DNA from: Patescibacteria group bacterium
GTDB taxonomy: Archaea > Nanobdellota > Nanobdellia > Pacearchaeales > GW2011-AR1
Assembly: GCA_051269935.1 (NCBI GenBank)
Contig: JBNMFJ010000002.1
Span: forward strand, 1-37,662
Length of the DNA stretch: 37,662 bases
Reading direction: 5' to 3'
The translations under genes were made by a program, and so were the position numbers. The notes beneath the pieces are model-generated. The model saw only the letters and a list, made by a program, of their open reading frames with translations, was not told where the DNA came from and did no database searches. This document shows positions 15,870-23,822 of this stretch, piece after piece. Every line of letters begins with the position of its first letter. Within the stretch, counting starts at the first letter, position 1.

Positions 15870-16790
15870 TTATTCTACTATTGGTTTTATTTCTTGTTTG
15901 AATATTTTGGATGCTTCTTTACAGTATGAAGCGATATTCTTTTTGAAGTAAGGGGAATTTGCCGTTTGGATCTTCCCGATTGTTAAGTATGAAGTTATAA
16001 GCATTGCTCCGTAATTAGCATTTTTTGGGAGTGGGATGTGGAGTCTATTTTTCCCAAATAATGTATTTTTTTCTCCAAAGCTAATGAATAACTCTTTTGG
16101 TGATGATACAACTGTTTTGGCATGTTTTGTTTGTTCGATTGTAAATATTCTACCATTAATGAGGGGACCGAAGAGTTCATCAAATTTTGTTTGTAACATA
16201 TCTTTTATTTCTGTGAATTGGCTAGGGATTATTAGATAAAATGCTGTGTATTTTGATAGGTTTTTTGGGAATAGTTTTTCAATTTTATTTATATGTTTTA
16301 AGAGCTCTTTTGGTGATTCTTTTGTCCTTGCTAATATTGGAGCGAGGTATGTTGATGTATTGTAGGTATATGGTTCTTTTTGTTTTGGAAATATTAGTGA
16401 GGAATTTACTACTTTTTTAGCACTTGCATTTTGATTGCTTGTAAAAAGTAGAGTTTTTATTTTTTTTCTTTTGAGTTCTTTTGCAATTATTGGTGCATGT
16501 TTTTCTCCTGATGCTGAGAACAAGATTGCCATGTCTGGCTTGTAAAATTTTAACAGGTGTTTGTAGGTTGATTCGTCTGCATAATGTGCATGATATTTTG
16601 AGAATACTATTTTTCCCGTATCTAATGCATTTCCAGACCCTACGACTAATAGATTTTTTTTAGGAATATTTATTTTTGGTAAGCTTTCTTGGCTGAATAA
16701 CTCAAGTGCTCCCTTTACACATGTGTCTAAGTTAGGAATATCTTTCATTGTAAAGTTTTGCATGATTGTTAAATTAGAATTTCTACTCAT
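15870..16790 (-). CDS. SIS-domain sugar-phosphate isomerase (candidate PGI/PMI-type)
   Basis: LLVVGSGNALDTG and AILFSASGEKHAPIIA...LLFTSN resemble the SIS-fold phosphosugar-binding motif. The ORF-track start at 16844 is a TTG; I prefer ATG 16790 (MSRNSN...), which has TATATATATA (16821-16830) upstream. Specific activity is not determinable by eye. Confidence 0.55.
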   Translation of the reverse strand: MSRNSNLTIMQNFTMKDIPNLDTCVKGALELFSQESLPKINIPKKNLLVVGSGNALDTGKIVFSKYHAHYADESTYKHLLKFYKPDMAILFSASGEKHAPIIAKELKRKKIKTLLFTSNQNASAKKVVNSSLIFPKQKEPYTYNTSTYLAPILARTKESPKELLKHINKIEKLFPKNLSKYTAFYLIIPSQFTEIKDMLQTKFDELFGPLINGRIFTIEQTKHAKTVVSSPKELFISFGEKNTLFGKNRLHIPLPKNANYGAMLITSYLTIGKIQTANSPYFKKNIASYCKEASKIFKQEIKPIVE

Positions 16791-16847
16791 GTTTTGCCTC
16801 TTGTGATATATATCTTTGAGTATATATATAGGTTTGGGAAACAATTT

Positions 16848-18365
16848 TTATTTAGTTAATTTTTTTGCAGTTTGAATTATCTGTGAGAAGTCTTTTTTGT
16901 TTGGTGTGTATTTCGCAAATTCAACCAAGGAACACATATTTAGGCAAGTTTTAATTTCCTTGGTATTTTCTTTTTCTTTGAGCATCCGGATTAATTCGTC
17001 ATTAGTGATTTCTTTGTTTAAGTTATGTTTATTGCTATAAAAATATCTTAAAGCGTAAGAAGTAAGGTGATAGGCTTCTTTTTCTTCTTTGTTATTAAAT
17101 TTTTCTTGGGCTTTTTTGAGGTATTCCTGGGTTTTTTTTATGTAGTTTATTTGTGATTTTGGAGCTTGTTCCTTTTCTGGTTCCCTTGTTTGTTTTGCTT
17201 TTTGCATTTTTTGGTAATAATAGTAGGCATATAATCCAATTAAGAATAAAATGATTATAAAGTAGAATACATAGTTTTTTTCTTTTTCTACTTTCAGGTT
17301 CTTTATTTCTCCGTTTTCTATGTCTGCAGTTATTTTTGCTGTATTATTATTTTCATCTTTGTATTCAATTTCTAATTTCGTATCGTTTTGTGTATAAGTA
17401 GTAGTGGTGTTCTTTTGTTTGAATCCTTCTTCCTTTAATTTTTCTTCTAATTCATCAAAGTTAGTTTCTTCTAGTTGCTTTTGAGTTTCCTTGTCTATTT
17501 TTTCTGATGATTCAGCTAATGAATCTAAGCTATTGTTTTGAATTTCTCCAGATAGAGTTTTTGAGTCTCCATTTTGGTTTTGGTAGGTTAACTCAAAATC
17601 TCCATTTTCTGAGTCTGTCGGATTAATCTCATTATCGGTTACTTGATAACCTTCTTCGGTTAGTTTTTGATGTTGCTCTTGGAATGATTCTTGGTTAGCT
17701 AAATTGTTCGCAAATTCTTCTCTTTGTTTGTTTTTTTCTTGATTCTCTTTTTGAATTTGATTCTTAAGAGCTTGAGTGTTTTGGTTTAGTGCATTGTTTT
17801 GTGCCTTTTGCGCTGTATCAGATTTTGGTTGTTGCTCTGGTTTTTTTTGCATTTCTTCGAGTTTTTCTTTGAGTTGCTCGGATAGTGATTTTTTATTTGG
17901 ATCTTCAGATTGTGCTTGTTGTTGGTTCTCTTGATTCTCCTTTTCTTCTTCTTCTTGGACGAAGTATATAAGGATATTCTCTATTTTGACTTGCATATCT
18001 TTATCATCCTCTTTGTAAGTGAAGGTAAATGTGTTGTCCATTGTTTGAGGTGCCGAGCTACTTCCAAATTGCATGCTAATTTGACTTTCTCCTTTTGTTA
18101 CCTGAAATGGTGATGATTGAGTATTTGATTGAGTTGAGATACTGTTTCCTGTCTGAATATTTGATGTAAGAGAATGGGTTAATGATCCTGTAATATCAAT
18201 GTCATAGGTATTTTTAGTTGAAAGAACTATTGATGCTTGCTCGTTAACTTTAAAGTAATATTCCTTTTGCTCAAAGGAAAATTCTATTTCGTCTGCTAAG
18301 GCTAATGGTAATAATAATAAGCAGAGTATGATAATGCCTTTATGAAATAATTCTTTTTTTGCCAT
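16848..18365 (-). CDS. Signal-peptide / single-TM protein with Q/N/E-rich ectodomain and a cytoplasmic tail like accessory proteins of MoxR-VWA operons
   Basis: It has an N-terminal signal-like IIILCLLLLPLALA, a long low-complexity Q/N/E/K region, the TM YVFYFIIILFLIGLYAYYYY and a roughly 120-aa helical tail (...ITNDELIRMLKE...CLNMCSLVEFAKYTP...). The tail is reminiscent of DUF4381-type tails. The start overlaps the VWA gene by 26 nt. Confidence 0.65.
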   Translation of the reverse strand: MAKKELFHKGIIILCLLLLPLALADEIEFSFEQKEYYFKVNEQASIVLSTKNTYDIDITGSLTHSLTSNIQTGNSISTQSNTQSSPFQVTKGESQISMQFGSSSAPQTMDNTFTFTYKEDDKDMQVKIENILIYFVQEEEEKENQENQQQAQSEDPNKKSLSEQLKEKLEEMQKKPEQQPKSDTAQKAQNNALNQNTQALKNQIQKENQEKNKQREEFANNLANQESFQEQHQKLTEEGYQVTDNEINPTDSENGDFELTYQNQNGDSKTLSGEIQNNSLDSLAESSEKIDKETQKQLEETNFDELEEKLKEEGFKQKNTTTTYTQNDTKLEIEYKDENNNTAKITADIENGEIKNLKVEKEKNYVFYFIIILFLIGLYAYYYYQKMQKAKQTREPEKEQAPKSQINYIKKTQEYLKKAQEKFNNKEEKEAYHLTSYALRYFYSNKHNLNKEITNDELIRMLKEKENTKEIKTCLNMCSLVEFAKYTPNKKDFSQIIQTAKKLTK

Positions 18366-19290
18366 AGTAAAAATATAATTGCACTAAGAATAAGAGTAAT
18401 GCTAGGGTTATAAAGAAGTCTTTAATATTGGTTTCTTCTTCTTCTCTTTCGATTTCTTCACTTATGTTCTTGTAGACATCTTCGAGTGTTTCTTCGTCTA
18501 CTGATTTAAAGTATTTGGCATTTGTGTTTTGTGCGATTAGTTTAAGGGTTGATTCATCTAATTCTGCATATTGAGGATTTCCATACCAATCATATCCTAG
18601 TACTGTTGGTGTGTTGGATCCCATTCCTACGGTGTATACTTGTATGCTATTGTCCTTTGCAAATTGGATTGCTTCATTTGGTGATATTACTCCTGCGTTA
18701 TTTACTCCATCTGATAACAAAATTACTACTTTCTTTTTGTTAGGAATTGAGGTTGCCATATCAATACCTAGGGCCAGTCCATCTCCGATTGCAGTTTTTC
18801 CTTGTTTGAGCTGGATTGACTTTATTTTCTCGCTAACTTTTTCCTTAAAGGGAGAGAGGTAGCTCGCTGTTGTTGCTCCCGATTCAAAGATAACAACTCC
18901 TGCATGATCTTTTTCTTCCAAGGAATCTACTAATGTTATAGCTGACTTTTTTGCTGCTTCTAATCTGTTAGGCTGATAATCTGTTGCTTGCATAGATCCT
19001 GAAACATCTAATACTAGAATAACATTTACTCCTTCTTTTGATTGTTTAAGGGGGATGTGTGGGTTCGATAAGCCTATAATTATACAAGCAATTATTGCTA
19101 GTGAAAGGTATACCATTCTCTTTTCTCTTGTTGTTTTTTTAGGATTGCCTAATGCTGATTTTATGAAACTTAGATTGCTGAATTGCATTGCTTGTTTTTT
19201 CTTTTTTGAAAGTATTCTTTGATAATAGATATAAGCTATTGGGATTATAATTAAGAAAATTAACACCCAAGGTGTGGTAAATCCTGCCAT
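18340..19290 (-). CDS. VWA-domain membrane protein, BatA-like
   Basis: Has the N-terminal FTTPWVLIFLIIIPIAYIYY helix, the MIDAS motif LDVSGSM and a C-terminal TM. A TAATG overlap joins it to the DUF58 gene. Confidence 0.85.
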   Translation of the reverse strand: MAGFTTPWVLIFLIIIPIAYIYYQRILSKKKKQAMQFSNLSFIKSALGNPKKTTREKRMVYLSLAIIACIIIGLSNPHIPLKQSKEGVNVILVLDVSGSMQATDYQPNRLEAAKKSAITLVDSLEEKDHAGVVIFESGATTASYLSPFKEKVSEKIKSIQLKQGKTAIGDGLALGIDMATSIPNKKKVVILLSDGVNNAGVISPNEAIQFAKDNSIQVYTVGMGSNTPTVLGYDWYGNPQYAELDESTLKLIAQNTNAKYFKSVDEETLEDVYKNISEEIEREEEETNIKDFFITLALLLFLVQLYFYYGKKRIIS

Positions 19291-20162
19291 TATCTGGTTT
19301 GCCTCCGTTTTCTAAAGTTAAAGAACTTTTTGAGTGGTTTCTCATAGGATTGTTCAGTATTCAGCTCGATGTTGTCAATTTTGTATTTCTTAAATTTTGT
19401 TTGTAATTCTTGATTAAAATTATGTATGGCATTATGGTATCTTTCTCGGAATTCATGGTCGGATGTATTCACAACTATTTGTTCATCAGTTTCAGGATCT
19501 TCTAATTGTATTAGGCCAACATTTGGAAGATGTAATTCATTTTGGTCATTTATCTTGATTGCAATTACATCTTGATTTTGTTTGATCATCTTGAGAGGTT
19601 TTGTGAAATCATTTGAAACAAAATCTGAGATGATAAATACTATCCCTCTTCTTTTTATTATTTTACTTACATGTGAGAGACTTTTGTTTAGATCGGTTTT
19701 TTTAGATTGTGGTTTGAAACTTATTATTTGGTCTAATACTTTTAGAAAATGTTTTTTCCCTTTTCTCGCTGGGATGTACTTTTCAACATCTTCTGTTGTT
19801 AGGAATAGTCCTACTTTGTCGCTGTTCTTTACAGCTGAGTACGCTAAGGAAGCTGTGATTTCAAGTATTTTTTGCATTTTGCTTATTTGATTTCCAAATG
19901 CTGATGAACTGGAGATGTCTACTATGAAGTATACAGAGAGGTCTCTTTCTTCTATAAATTGTTTAACGTATGGTGTGTGTAATCTTGCTGTTACATTCCA
20001 ATCAATATTTCTAATATCGTCTCCGGCTTTATATTCTTGGAGTTCTGAGAAATCGATTCCGTTTCCTTTAAAGATCGAATGGTAGTTCCCGCTGATTAAT
20101 CCATCAATTAATTTTTTTGTGGTTATTTCTAATTTTCTAATTTGTTTTAATGTTGATTTCAT
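19290..20162 (-). CDS. DUF58 family protein (MoxR-system partner)
   Basis: GNYHSIFKGNGIDFSELQEYKAGDDIRNIDWNVTAR is the hallmark DUF58 motif. Confidence 0.85.
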   Translation of the reverse strand: MKSTLKQIRKLEITTKKLIDGLISGNYHSIFKGNGIDFSELQEYKAGDDIRNIDWNVTARLHTPYVKQFIEERDLSVYFIVDISSSSAFGNQISKMQKILEITASLAYSAVKNSDKVGLFLTTEDVEKYIPARKGKKHFLKVLDQIISFKPQSKKTDLNKSLSHVSKIIKRRGIVFIISDFVSNDFTKPLKMIKQNQDVIAIKINDQNELHLPNVGLIQLEDPETDEQIVVNTSDHEFRERYHNAIHNFNQELQTKFKKYKIDNIELNTEQSYEKPLKKFFNFRKRRQTR

Positions 20163-20176
20163 GGATATCTTATTGT

Positions 20177-21160
20177 CTATGGTACTTTAACTTTTGCAAG
20201 TATTTGAGCTATGATATTGTCTGCTGTGATCTCGTCAGCTTCAGCTTCATAACTTAAGAGGATTCTGTGTCTGAGAACTTCGTTTGCAACTTGTTGGATA
20301 TCTTCTGGGGTTACGTATCCTCTTCCATTAATCATGGCATTTGCTTTTGCTGCTAGAATTAACCAAAGTGTTGCTCGGGGTGATACCCCATAGTCGATTA
20401 ATGGTTTGATGTCTAATTCGTATTTTTCTGGGAATCTTGTTGCATCGACAATCTCTGATACGTATTCTTTAATTTTGTCGTCTACATATATTTCTTTATT
20501 GAATTTTTGCATTTCAAGAATCTCCTTTGTTCCTATTACTTTATTCGGTGTGATTTTTTGGTTTGTTGTGAATCGGTTAATAATCTGTATTTCTTCTTCT
20601 TTGGTTGGATGGTCTATTAGTACTTTAAACATAAAACGATCTAACTGGGCTTCGGGTAATTTGTAAGTCCCTTCGGATTCAATAGGATTTTGGGTAGCGA
20701 ATACTAGGAATGGTTGTTCGATTAGGTGGGTTTCTCCTTGGATTGTTACTTGTTTTTCTTGCATCGCTTCTAGTAGGGCTGATTGCACTTTTGGTGGAGC
20801 TCTGTTTATCTCGTCTGCTAGGACAAAATTAGTGAAAATTGGGCCCTTCATTGTTTTAAATGACGAATTTTCATGGTTGTATATTTTTGTACCTGTTATG
20901 TCTGCTGGGAGAATATCTGGTGTGAATTGAATTCTGACAAAGTCTGAATTTACTGTTTTGGCGATAGTGTCTATTGTAAGAGTTTTGGCAAGGCCTGGCA
21001 CTCCTTCTATTAAGATGTGTCCTTGGGCGATTATTCCGATGAGGAATTTCTTAATAACATCTTCTTGTCCAACTATTACCTTCTTTATCTCATTTTCAAC
21101 TGCCTGAATTGTTTGGGAGAATTCTTCAGCTCTTTTATTCAACTCTTTTATGTCTTCCAT
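20177..21160 (-). CDS. moxR: MoxR-family AAA+ ATPase
   Basis: Has Walker A GVPGLAKT, Walker B VLADEINRAPPKVQSALLEAMQE and the MoxR C-terminal lid (VSPRATLWL). Confidence 0.9.
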   Translation of the reverse strand: MEDIKELNKRAEEFSQTIQAVENEIKKVIVGQEDVIKKFLIGIIAQGHILIEGVPGLAKTLTIDTIAKTVNSDFVRIQFTPDILPADITGTKIYNHENSSFKTMKGPIFTNFVLADEINRAPPKVQSALLEAMQEKQVTIQGETHLIEQPFLVFATQNPIESEGTYKLPEAQLDRFMFKVLIDHPTKEEEIQIINRFTTNQKITPNKVIGTKEILEMQKFNKEIYVDDKIKEYVSEIVDATRFPEKYELDIKPLIDYGVSPRATLWLILAAKANAMINGRGYVTPEDIQQVANEVLRHRILLSYEAEADEITADNIIAQILAKVKVP

Positions 21161-21182
21161 ATAGATTGATGAGAGGAGTTTC

Positions 21183-21190
21183 TTTAAAAG
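21183..21190 (-). promoter_or_regulatory. TATA box (minus strand CTTTTAAA) for the leaderless moxR operon
   Basis: The box is centred 26-27 nt upstream of ATG 21160. Confidence 0.55.
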
Positions 21191-21212
21191 TTTTATTGAG
21201 GTTTAGAGTAAG

Positions 21213-21220
21213 TTTTATTA
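21213..21220 (+). promoter_or_regulatory. TATA box (TTTTATTA) for the gene at 21243
   Basis: The box is centred 26-27 nt upstream of ATG 21243, divergent from the moxR promoter. Confidence 0.5.
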
Positions 21221-21242
21221 ACCCAATTCTTTAGATACACAT

Positions 21243-21647
21243 ATGGAGATTTGGCAATATGGTATGTTACCGGTGGTAGGTTTTATTATTGGATATTTTA
21301 CTAATTATATTGCTATTAAGATGTTATTTCATCCGAGGAAGGTGAAGTTTGGTCTTCAGGGTGTTTTTCCTAAGCGAAAGGCTGATTTTGCTCGTAATGT
21401 GAGTGAGGTTGTTATTCATGTATTGCCTAAAAAGATTAGAGATTTAGAGAAGATTCCTTTTGTCGGCCCTGGTATGTTTGATATGATTAAAGGTGAGATT
21501 GAACGAGAGATTAATGCTATGCCTAATGCTGAATTGGAAAAGTTAGTTATGAAGGTTATTAGGCGAGAATTAGGATTTATTACTTGGATGGGTGGTGCTC
21601 TTGGATTCTTTATTGGTTTGGTTCAGGTTGGATTACTTTTGTTATAG
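21243..21647 (+). CDS. Small membrane protein, DUF445-like
   Basis: The N-terminal TM followed by MLFHPRKVKFGLQGVFPKRKADFA resembles the DUF445 N-terminal motif. A C-terminal TM is present. Confidence 0.55.
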   Translation: MEIWQYGMLPVVGFIIGYFTNYIAIKMLFHPRKVKFGLQGVFPKRKADFARNVSEVVIHVLPKKIRDLEKIPFVGPGMFDMIKGEIEREINAMPNAELEKLVMKVIRRELGFITWMGGALGFFIGLVQVGLLLL

Positions 21648-21657
21648 ATTTAAATAG
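21648..21657 (+). promoter_or_regulatory. TATA box (ATTTAAATAG) for the transporter gene at 21678
   Basis: This is the same 10-mer and the same 25-26 nt spacing as at 926-935. It starts directly after the upstream stop codon. Confidence 0.55.
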
Positions 21658-21677
21658 TTCTTTTTGATTTTTGTTAT

Positions 21678-22847
21678 ATGGTGGAAAAGGTGAGTAGTGG
21701 TAGAAGTAAATCATCTATTCGTTCTCCTGTTAGAAAAGCTAAAAAGATGAGTGTTAAGATTCCTCATTTGGAAGAGCCTAAGAGTAGAACTCGTAGTGCC
21801 ATTTTGTTGGTAGTATTTTTGTATATATTTGTCCTTTCTTTGGAGCTGATTAAGAAAGCTTCTTCTTTAATCCCAATTGATATTAGTACGTTGATATTTG
21901 AGAGTATTGCACCTGTTAAGGCTATTAGTCTAGGATGGTTTGTGACGACTATTGCTCAATCTAGTGGTGCTGTTTCTTCGGTTGTTGTTGCATTTGTGGG
22001 TGAGGGCTTGATTACTCTTCCTACTGGAGTGTATATTATGATTGGAGCTTCACTAGGGACAACTATTACGGCTTTAATTATTTCTTTAGTTACTGTTTCG
22101 GTGAAGCGGAAGGACTTTAGACATGGTTTTGAGATTGCTTTAGCTTATTCTATATATAGCGCTTTGTTGGTTTTTATTGTTGCATTTTTGGAATACTTTT
22201 TTGCATTATTTTCTCGTGTTTCCTTGTATTTGGCTACTTTGTTTGAAGGTGGAATCTCATTACTTTTTCTTCCTGATTTTGTTACTCTTTTAACTGATCC
22301 AGTCTTGCATATTATCTTTGTTAATAGTAATGTGTATCTCTTATTTTTATTGGCTTTTATTGGATTGGGTGTTTCTTTGAAGTTTATGAGTACATCTTTA
22401 ATTGATGTATTTGGTGGTAGAGAGAAGGCAAGGATTTTTATGAATAAACATTTTGACAATAAATATAAGGCTTATTTTTTGGGTGTGTTATTAACTGCTA
22501 TGGTTTTCTCTTCTTCTATAACTATTAGTTTATTGGTTCCTTTGGCAGTTGCTCGATTGATTAGTTTACGTAAGGCAATTCCTTTTATTTTAGGTGCTGA
22601 TTTAGGCACTGTGGTTGATACTATTTTGGCGGCATTAATTGTTGGAGAAGTTTCAGCTGTTGCGGCGGCGATTGCTTATGGTTTGTTTGCTGTTGTTGGG
22701 GCTTTGATATTTTTACCTAATGTTGAATTCTTGAATAAAGTTACTAAGTATATTTCAAAGAGATTTATTGTAATTTCTCGTGATAAGGCCTTTTATATTT
22801 TAATAGCGTTTATCCTCATCCCTTTGGCTATTTTACTCTTCTTTTAA
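21678..22847 (+). CDS. Na+/phosphate cotransporter-family (PF02690-like) membrane protein
   Basis: Polytopic protein. The duplicated motifs GASLGTTITALI and LGADLGTVVDTILAAL resemble the two Na/Pi-cotransporter repeats. Confidence 0.6.
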   Translation: MVEKVSSGRSKSSIRSPVRKAKKMSVKIPHLEEPKSRTRSAILLVVFLYIFVLSLELIKKASSLIPIDISTLIFESIAPVKAISLGWFVTTIAQSSGAVSSVVVAFVGEGLITLPTGVYIMIGASLGTTITALIISLVTVSVKRKDFRHGFEIALAYSIYSALLVFIVAFLEYFFALFSRVSLYLATLFEGGISLLFLPDFVTLLTDPVLHIIFVNSNVYLLFLLAFIGLGVSLKFMSTSLIDVFGGREKARIFMNKHFDNKYKAYFLGVLLTAMVFSSSITISLLVPLAVARLISLRKAIPFILGADLGTVVDTILAALIVGEVSAVAAAIAYGLFAVVGALIFLPNVEFLNKVTKYISKRFIVISRDKAFYILIAFILIPLAILLFF

Positions 22848-22872
22848 TTTTGTATTCACTGTTTCGGTCATA

Positions 22873-22880
22873 TTTATAAA
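22873..22880 (+). promoter_or_regulatory. TATA box (TTTATAAA) for the gene at 22903
   Basis: The box is centred 26-27 nt upstream of ATG 22903. Confidence 0.5.
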
Positions 22881-22902
22881 TAATGATAACATCTGTTGAC
22901 TT

Positions 22903-23577
22903 ATGGCTAATACGTTTACTCGAGATAAGATTAAGTTTTCTCTTTTGATACTGATTATTCTTGCTAGTATTTTTATTGTCAATATGCTTGATTTAAAGGC
23001 TTTTTTTTCAATTGATTATCTTAAAGATATTATTCTTATGCAAGGTGCATATGGTGTTGCTTTTTTCATTTTATTGTATATAATTGCTACTATATTTTTT
23101 ATTCCTGGGACTCCCTTAACTATTGCTTCTGGTGTTTTATTTGGTAAGTTCTGGGGCACTGTGTATGTTGTGATTGGTGCGAGCATCGGTGCTACTATTG
23201 CCTTTTTATTGGCACGTTATCTAGGGGCTAGCTTTGTTTCAAAGTTTTTACAGAATAAATATAAGAAGATTTATGGGTATGATAAAAAGGCTGAAGATAA
23301 TGGATTAATGCTTGTATTGTTTTTGCGATTTGTACCTGTGTTTCCTTATAATGCCTTGAATTATTCTCTTGGTTTGACTAAAGTTCGATTTAGGGATTAT
23401 TTGGTTGGGACTTTCTTTGGAATTATTCCGGGTAGTTTTGTATTAGCTTATTTTGGAGATAGTCTAGCTATGCTTGACATTTACAATATTGTTTTTGCGG
23501 TATTGCTATTTGTTTTAATGAGTTTAATTCCTTTGTTCTATAAAAAATATTCTAATAAAAAAGCTACAAAGAAGTAA
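22903..23577 (+). CDS. DedA / TVP38-TMEM64 (SNARE-associated) family membrane protein
   Basis: FFIPGTPLTIASGVLFG and FLRFVPVFPYNALNYSLGLT are typical of the family. Confidence 0.8.
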   Translation: MANTFTRDKIKFSLLILIILASIFIVNMLDLKAFFSIDYLKDIILMQGAYGVAFFILLYIIATIFFIPGTPLTIASGVLFGKFWGTVYVVIGASIGATIAFLLARYLGASFVSKFLQNKYKKIYGYDKKAEDNGLMLVLFLRFVPVFPYNALNYSLGLTKVRFRDYLVGTFFGIIPGSFVLAYFGDSLAMLDIYNIVFAVLLFVLMSLIPLFYKKYSNKKATKK

Positions 23578-23608
23578 GGTTTATAATCTTTCTATTATTT
23601 AACAGAGG

Positions 23609-23809
23609 ATGTCTTTAGATGATTTTGATGGTTTAATGAAAAATGCTGAAAGTGTTGATAGATTAGATATAGATTTTGGAGGGGGTAGGAGATATTATTC
23701 AATAGAGCCTTTACCTGATGATGATGAAGAAAACGATGCTAAAATTAGTTCTTATGATGCTCATCAGGCAAACCTAAAAAGACAAGGTATACAAACAGAT
23801 TACAATTAG
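23609..23809 (+). CDS. Small acidic protein, unknown function
   Basis: 66-aa ORF with TTTATAAT (23580-23587) centred 25-26 nt upstream of its ATG. No recognisable motif. Confidence 0.45.
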   Translation: MSLDDFDGLMKNAESVDRLDIDFGGGRRYYSIEPLPDDDEENDAKISSYDAHQANLKRQGIQTDYN

Positions 23810-23822
23810 GCTTCTATTATCA

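Noticed and set aside
17100-17950. Whether the Q/N/E/K-rich stretch of the 505-aa protein gene is a DNA-level tandem repeat.
   Set aside because: I could not find a consistent nucleotide period. It appears to be compositional low complexity within an open reading frame rather than a repeat array.
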